This document shows positions 62,399 through 64,000 of a stretch of DNA of 64,000 nt, one piece after another. Origin of the DNA: an uncultured virus (IMG/VR IMGVR_UViG_2758568038_000001) (lineage: Duplodnaviria > Heunggongvirae > Uroviricota > Caudoviricetes); IMG/VR virus record IMGVR_UViG_2758568038_000001; one strand, given 5' to 3'. The stretch's first letter is position 1; each line of letters starts with the position of its first letter. A program made the position numbers and the translations under genes. The notes below the pieces were generated by a model. The model was not told the DNA's origin and made no database searches. It saw nothing but the letters and a program-made list of their open reading frames with translations.

Positions 62399-63345
62399 CC
62401 ATCAAGCCCCAGCTCGCCGAAGACGCAATCCTCGACCAAGTCAAGTTCCCCTGCATCGTGCAACCCAAGATCGACGGCGTACGTGCCTTGAATCTTCGGG
62501 GCACGCTCACGGGGCGCAGCCTCAAAGAGTTCGATGGCTTCGGCATCACCGAACGTTTCAGCGGCGACCAATACCTGGGGCTGGACGGCGAGATGATTCT
62601 GGGCTCCAAACCAAACTGCACCGATCGCCTGTGCAGCCTGACCACGGGCGCGATGGGTCGGTTCAAGGGCGTGGACGCCATGCCCGACCTGCAGTGGAAC
62701 GTGTTTGACCTGGTGCTCAGCGTGACGGTAAACCTCCCTTACGAAGAACGCTACCGGCTCCTGGCCCGGCATGTCGACCAGCTGCACGACGAGCGCGTCA
62801 AGCTCGTGCCGATGTACGTGGTGGACAACACCAAGCACCTCGAACACAACATCAGCGAGTTCTTCGCTGCGGGCTACGAAGGCACCATCATCCGCAACCC
62901 AAACGCGCCCTACAAGTCTGGCCGGGCCACGCAGAAGGGCCAGGAACTGTGGCGCGTCAAGCCCTGGGCCGACGCTGAGATCCTCGTCACCGGCGTGAGC
63001 GAGGGCGAGGTCAATACCAATGAAGCCAAGACCAACGCGCTGGGCCGCACCGAGCGCTCGTCGGCCAAGGCTGGCATGGTGAACAACGGCCAGATTGGCT
63101 CGATCCAGGGCGTGCTGCTGGCCGACTTCCACGACCCCTTCACCGGCAAGCTGCTGTTTGCCAAGGGCCTGCCAATCACCGTGGGCAGCGGCGAGATGAC
63201 CGTGAATGAGGCCGAGTATTACTTCAAGAACCAGAAGGAAATCATCGGCCACGTCGTCAAGTTCAAGCACATGACACACGGCGTCAAAGACTTACCGCGG
63301 TTCCCGACCTACATGTCCCATCGCCTGCCGCAAGACATGTCATGA
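62395..63345 (+). CDS. ATP-dependent DNA ligase, 316 aa
   Basis: QPKIDGVR, LDGE, VFD, YEGTIIR, PRFP. Confidence 0.92.
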   Translation: MTIKPQLAEDAILDQVKFPCIVQPKIDGVRALNLRGTLTGRSLKEFDGFGITERFSGDQYLGLDGEMILGSKPNCTDRLCSLTTGAMGRFKGVDAMPDLQWNVFDLVLSVTVNLPYEERYRLLARHVDQLHDERVKLVPMYVVDNTKHLEHNISEFFAAGYEGTIIRNPNAPYKSGRATQKGQELWRVKPWADAEILVTGVSEGEVNTNEAKTNALGRTERSSAKAGMVNNGQIGSIQGVLLADFHDPFTGKLLFAKGLPITVGSGEMTVNEAEYYFKNQKEIIGHVVKFKHMTHGVKDLPRFPTYMSHRLPQDMS

Positions 63346-63554
63346 AGCACTGCAGGACCATCATCAAGCGGCTCAAGGACGAGATCCCCGGACTGCAGAT
63401 CGCGCTCCTGCGCCAACGCACACACCAGGTCTACGAGCTGCGGCTCGGCGACAAAGTACGCCACCTCACCATGAGCGTGTCGCCCAAGAACTACGACCGC
63501 GCCATTGAGCTGACGGTCAAGGCAGCAAAGCAACTGCTGAATTCAGCCAGATGA
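63342..63554 (+). CDS. hypothetical basic protein, 70 aa
   Basis: ATGA coupling. Confidence 0.65.
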   Translation: MKHCRTIIKRLKDEIPGLQIALLRQRTHQVYELRLGDKVRHLTMSVSPKNYDRAIELTVKAAKQLLNSAR

Positions 63555-63769
63555 ACGAATTGCCATACATCGCCGGTGACGCTGTCTACCGGTACCCGGC
63601 GGCGGGTGATGAGCCCGCCGTACCCGGCGCCAAGAGTCTCATCCTCACCCAAGGTGGCGTTTGCGTCATCGGAACGTGGGGCGATGACGCCGTTGCCTGG
63701 GCGCCCCTGCCCAGGCGCAACCACACCAAAGAGGAACAGATCCGTGCTCTCCAACATTCAGCTTCTTGA
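63551..63769 (+). CDS. hypothetical protein, 72 aa
   Basis: ATGA coupling; AWAPLP motif. Confidence 0.65.
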   Translation: MNELPYIAGDAVYRYPAAGDEPAVPGAKSLILTQGGVCVIGTWGDDAVAWAPLPRRNHTKEEQIRALQHSAS

Positions 63770-64000
63770 GCAGCTTGCGCTGCAGCACAAGATGAACGCC
63801 ACTGTGAACCCTGACTGGGTGCGCGCCAAATACAACTGGACCCGGGCCGTCATGGTCGAGGCCGTCGAAGCCCTCGACCACCTTGGCTGGAAGTGGTGGA
63901 AGGCCAAGCCCGTTGCGGATGAGAGCCAGTTCCGGCTGGAGCTGGTGGACATCTGGCACTTCATCCTGTCCAACGAACTGGTCCACACCGAAGGCGATCC
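63744..64000 (+). CDS. dimeric (all-alpha) dUTPase, truncated by window end
   Basis: Translated by hand from GTG 63744: LQHKMN...VEAVEALDHLGWKWWK...ELVDIWHF. Confidence 0.85.
   Translation, partial: MLSNIQLLEQLALQHKMNATVNPDWVRAKYNWTRAVMVEAVEALDHLGWKWWKAKPVADESQFRLELVDIWHFILSNELVHTEGD

Overview
The whole window is one GC-rich tailed-phage genome, nearly complete and probably from a betaproteobacterial host (inference). The minus-strand late arm (605-33216) carries a 2604-aa polyvalent virion protein, tail/virion genes, a holin/SAR-endolysin/Rz-Rz1 lysis cassette, an N4-gp56-type capsid, scaffold, portal and terminases. The plus-strand early/replication arm (33477-64000, probably continued by 1-425) carries a primase-helicase, MoxR ATPase plus vWA-metallopeptidase, ThyX, a Cas4-like nuclease, SNF2 helicase, family-A DNA polymerase, ligase and dUTPase. 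An IS21-family element interrupts a small early gene. No integrase or RNA polymerase is visible. The standout feature is that both inteins (terminase large subunit and DNA polymerase) lack an in-frame homing endonuclease. Each instead contains a complete nuclease gene overprinted in the same alternative frame (Endonuclease VII type in TerL, HNH type in the polymerase), while the intein frame stays open as Ser/Thr/Ala-rich filler. Other observations include further nested ORFs, a GGQ-less release-factor-like mini-protein, two related AT-rich origin-like elements and several recombination scars. All calls come from reading motifs by eye; no database search was run.
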